From assembly GCA_009103225.1 (NCBI GenBank), contig RHPI01002220.1, positions 3,703 through 67,702 on the forward strand: a DNA stretch of 64,000 nt, read 5' to 3'. Of this stretch, positions 61,448 through 64,000 are shown piece after piece (position 1 is the first letter of the stretch; every line of letters begins with the position of its first letter). Both the position numbers and the translations under genes were made by a program. The notes under the pieces are model-generated. The model saw only the letters and a list, made by a program, of their open reading frames with translations. It ran no database searches and was not told where the DNA came from. This DNA is from Chlorokybus atmophyticus (lineage: Eukaryota; Plantae; Mesostigma and Chlorokybus algae).

Positions 61448-62415
61448 AACCAAAGCCTAGCCGTCTATACTCTCTGCTGCTCCCTCCTCCATCCGCATTC
61501 CTCACCCTTTACCTCCGCCTCACCCTTCCACAGCCTCGCACAGAGATCTGATCTGATCTGATCAACAACCGTAACTTGTTCATAGGTGGGTTCTCGCCTT
61601 TGAGGGTTGGCAGGGGTGAATGTGTGCAGCCCCTGTCGCTGTCAAACAGACTCTCTCTGACTGAACTAACTGTTGCGTGCGTGACCGAGGATGGGTGTGT
61701 TTGGCACAGGCGAATGGGAAGTCTGTTGAGGATGCCAACCTCAATCTGCAATCAACTTGTGTGCAGACATATGCAGCAAGTGTGAGTGAATTTATATTTA
61801 AGTTACGCGGGAGCTATTCGACACTCTGCACTGCGCATGTCTGTCTTGTGCACAGGGTGAAACATAGAGGGGCCCGCATTACGAGTGCATGTGTGGCATC
61901 AAATGTATGCAGTAGTGGTCTTGTCTGTCTGGTAGTTAGACTGTGCAAATCTGACGTCTCTTGCGTGTTGGGTTAGGTGCGGTTTGTTAACAAAGATTTG
62001 CATGCATATGTGACGCACACGCAAGCACGGCATACGGCAACCAGCACACACAAGTAGTATGGTCTAGAAGCTGCGGGGCTGATACAGCGTGGGTCTTAGG
62101 CAGTGGACAAGTACATGTTGGGCAGCAAGCAAGCCAAGTTAGGCAGGTAGTGCGCTGGGCCCCACAGCAGCATCGGTACTCTAGAGGTGCATGTGCCAAT
62201 GCTGCTATCCTGTGACATTGGCCAATAAAACTCAACTCCACACAGTCAGCTGACAAGCAATGAATGAATACACATTGGCAATGACCAAGCTAAGCACTTC
62301 ACTACAATGGTTGGGTCACTGCAATGGCAGTGACCCAACAACACCACAACTGCAACACATCAACGCGCCCCAAACCACATGTCCACACATCCACACATCA
62401 CAACTCCACCCCACA

Positions 62416-63257
62416 TCAGTTGGCTGCGATCTGCTGCGGTCTTAGTGTAACGCCCGCTCCCCCTGTCGGCGAGTTGAACGCATCTTTCAGCGCGACCGCG
62501 GCTCTGGCCTGCGCGTGCGTGGCGGCGGCGGCCACCGCGCTCGAGCTCGGGGTCTGGTACGTCCTCGCGTACGTTGAGGAAGGGGTCGAAGTCTGGTAGT
62601 TCAGACCGTGCAGGCCGAGCGGGACCTGGCTCGCCGTCAGACGGTACCTGCAATGACATGTGTGGACACATGAGTGAATACACACATGCGAACGCATGCA
62701 CGCACACACGCGCACACACGCATGCGCGCAGAGACAAGCGCACACGCACATGCACGCGCAAGTTGTGTGCGCGTGCCTGCACTCACACACGCATACACAC
62801 ACATGCGCGACATGAGGAACTGATACAACTCAACACACACAACAGGAGCAGGCTTGGATCTGTACCTGTATTCCTTGGCGGCATCGCTGCCGGCGGCGAG
62901 CCCCTTAGGTTCGAAATGTATGCGATACGTCGTTCTCGTGGTAGAACCCACGGCTGCAGCTGCCCGATCAATCTTTTGCTTCTGGAACGCGCGCGGGACC
63001 ACATACGATGACTTCGTAGACAAGTCTCCCGCTTCGGATTCGGGTTTACTGCTGGTTGTGGCGTCTGACTTGTGAGATCTGTCTGTGTTGTGCGCGCTCC
63101 GCTCCGTGTTGGTGTTCGTGCGGGCGGAGTTCGGGGCGCTCTCGTCCTCATGCTTGAACGCATGAACCCGAGCGGCAAGAGCCTTGCGATGCAACCTGCA
63201 TGATTGAGACACATAAACGCATGCACAAGCACACGCAGACTCATCGATACACACGCC

Positions 63258-63288
<31 letters not shown>

Positions 63289-63860
63289 GCGCGCGCTGTG
63301 AACTGATGTGCACCGGCACACAGCTCAACATGTTCCTGTAAGTTGACTGACCAGTTGAGTATACCATCCATGCCTGAGATGATGAACAAGTAGTCACCTG
63401 ATCAACTCTGGCGTGTTCTGTCCGAACGCGATGCCGTACGATGAGACGTGCTGCTTGTCCGGTATGTGCCCCGCCCACGTCAGCGGCACGTTGCTCTTCC
63501 ACGTGTCCATCACAGGAGGACCCTGCGATGGCGCCGCCTGCAAGAGTAAGAGAACACAACTTCAACACTTCATCATGTTGTGCGTGTGCATGTGCGTGTG
63601 TGCCGTCGTGTGTTGGTGCGTGTGCGTGTGCGTGTGCGTGTGCACGTGCGCGTGCGCGTGCGTCTCTGTCAGCCAACAACAAGTCCACATTATCACCTTT
63701 TCGCCAACGGTGGAGATTCTGCTCAAGCTGTCGGCCACTTGCTTCTGCAACGCCTCCTGAATCTCCGAGCGGTGTCTCCGCTTCGCGAGGTTTGCGGGCT
63801 TGGCTCTGCTCTCGCCCACGAGGCGCCGCTTGTTGTCCGCCAACTCCTGTGTTGGGGAGC
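62416..63860 (-). CDS. 3' part of a multi-exon gene, possibly a flagellar microtubule inner protein (FAM166/SAXO-like motifs); 5' end lies beyond the window
   Basis: GC-rich exons with GT-AG boundaries: QELADNKRRL..EIQEALQKQ, TWAGHIPDKQHVSSYGIAFGQNT (GxxGHIP-like), STKSSYVVP, TTRTTYRIHF, STYARTYQTP. The CDS is clear; the family is tentative. Confidence 0.55.
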
Positions 63861-64000
63861 ACAAATAAATACAATACAACCACCTTGTGAGACACAACCA
63901 TACAACCATACAGCACAACACCTTACACAACGCCATATGTAGTGTACGGACAACACAGAGCCATCAGACAACACAGAGATACCACACAAAACCAGTGAAT

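Noticed and set aside
1-64000. CRISPR arrays, rRNA genes and intact tRNA genes
   Set aside because: None seen. The DNA is eukaryotic nuclear sequence, and the only tRNA-like sequence is degenerate.

Overview
Eukaryotic, intron-rich nuclear DNA from the green lineage (Viridiplantae). Evidence: plant-like ARPC3, plant-type PEPC and plant-type mitochondrial TatB. It is probably an alga; the species cannot be determined from the sequence. Layout: 1-8 kb is a nest of Ty3/gypsy LTR retrotransposons (a PHD-finger integrase element inserted into an older decayed one). About 8.3-52 kb is a gene-dense block: ribokinase, FAD monooxygenase, ARPC3, PEPC, SMP-30/gluconolactonase, a Crinkler-type NTPase + restriction-endonuclease-fold gene, a DFD-motif CAMK-group kinase, NTH1, mitochondrial TatB, NAA40, AP-1 gamma adaptin and PurH. 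About 52-58.6 kb is repeat-rich and non-coding, with a tRNA-Gly-derived SINE-like head. The window ends with a DUF2270 gene and the 3' part of a possible flagellar microtubule protein. There are five N-gaps. Exon structures were assembled by eye from GT-AG sites and protein motifs, and all homology calls are from recalled family motifs, not database searches. Top observations: (1) the mtTatB stop codon lies only 10 nt upstream of the ATG of an intronless NTH1, suggesting a bicistronic nuclear mRNA; (2) an apparently intact Crinkler NTPase-nuclease gene sits between two diverged ~0.7 kb direct copies of the neighbouring kinase's 3' end; (3) the kinase has an MNK-like DFD motif behind a PH-like domain.
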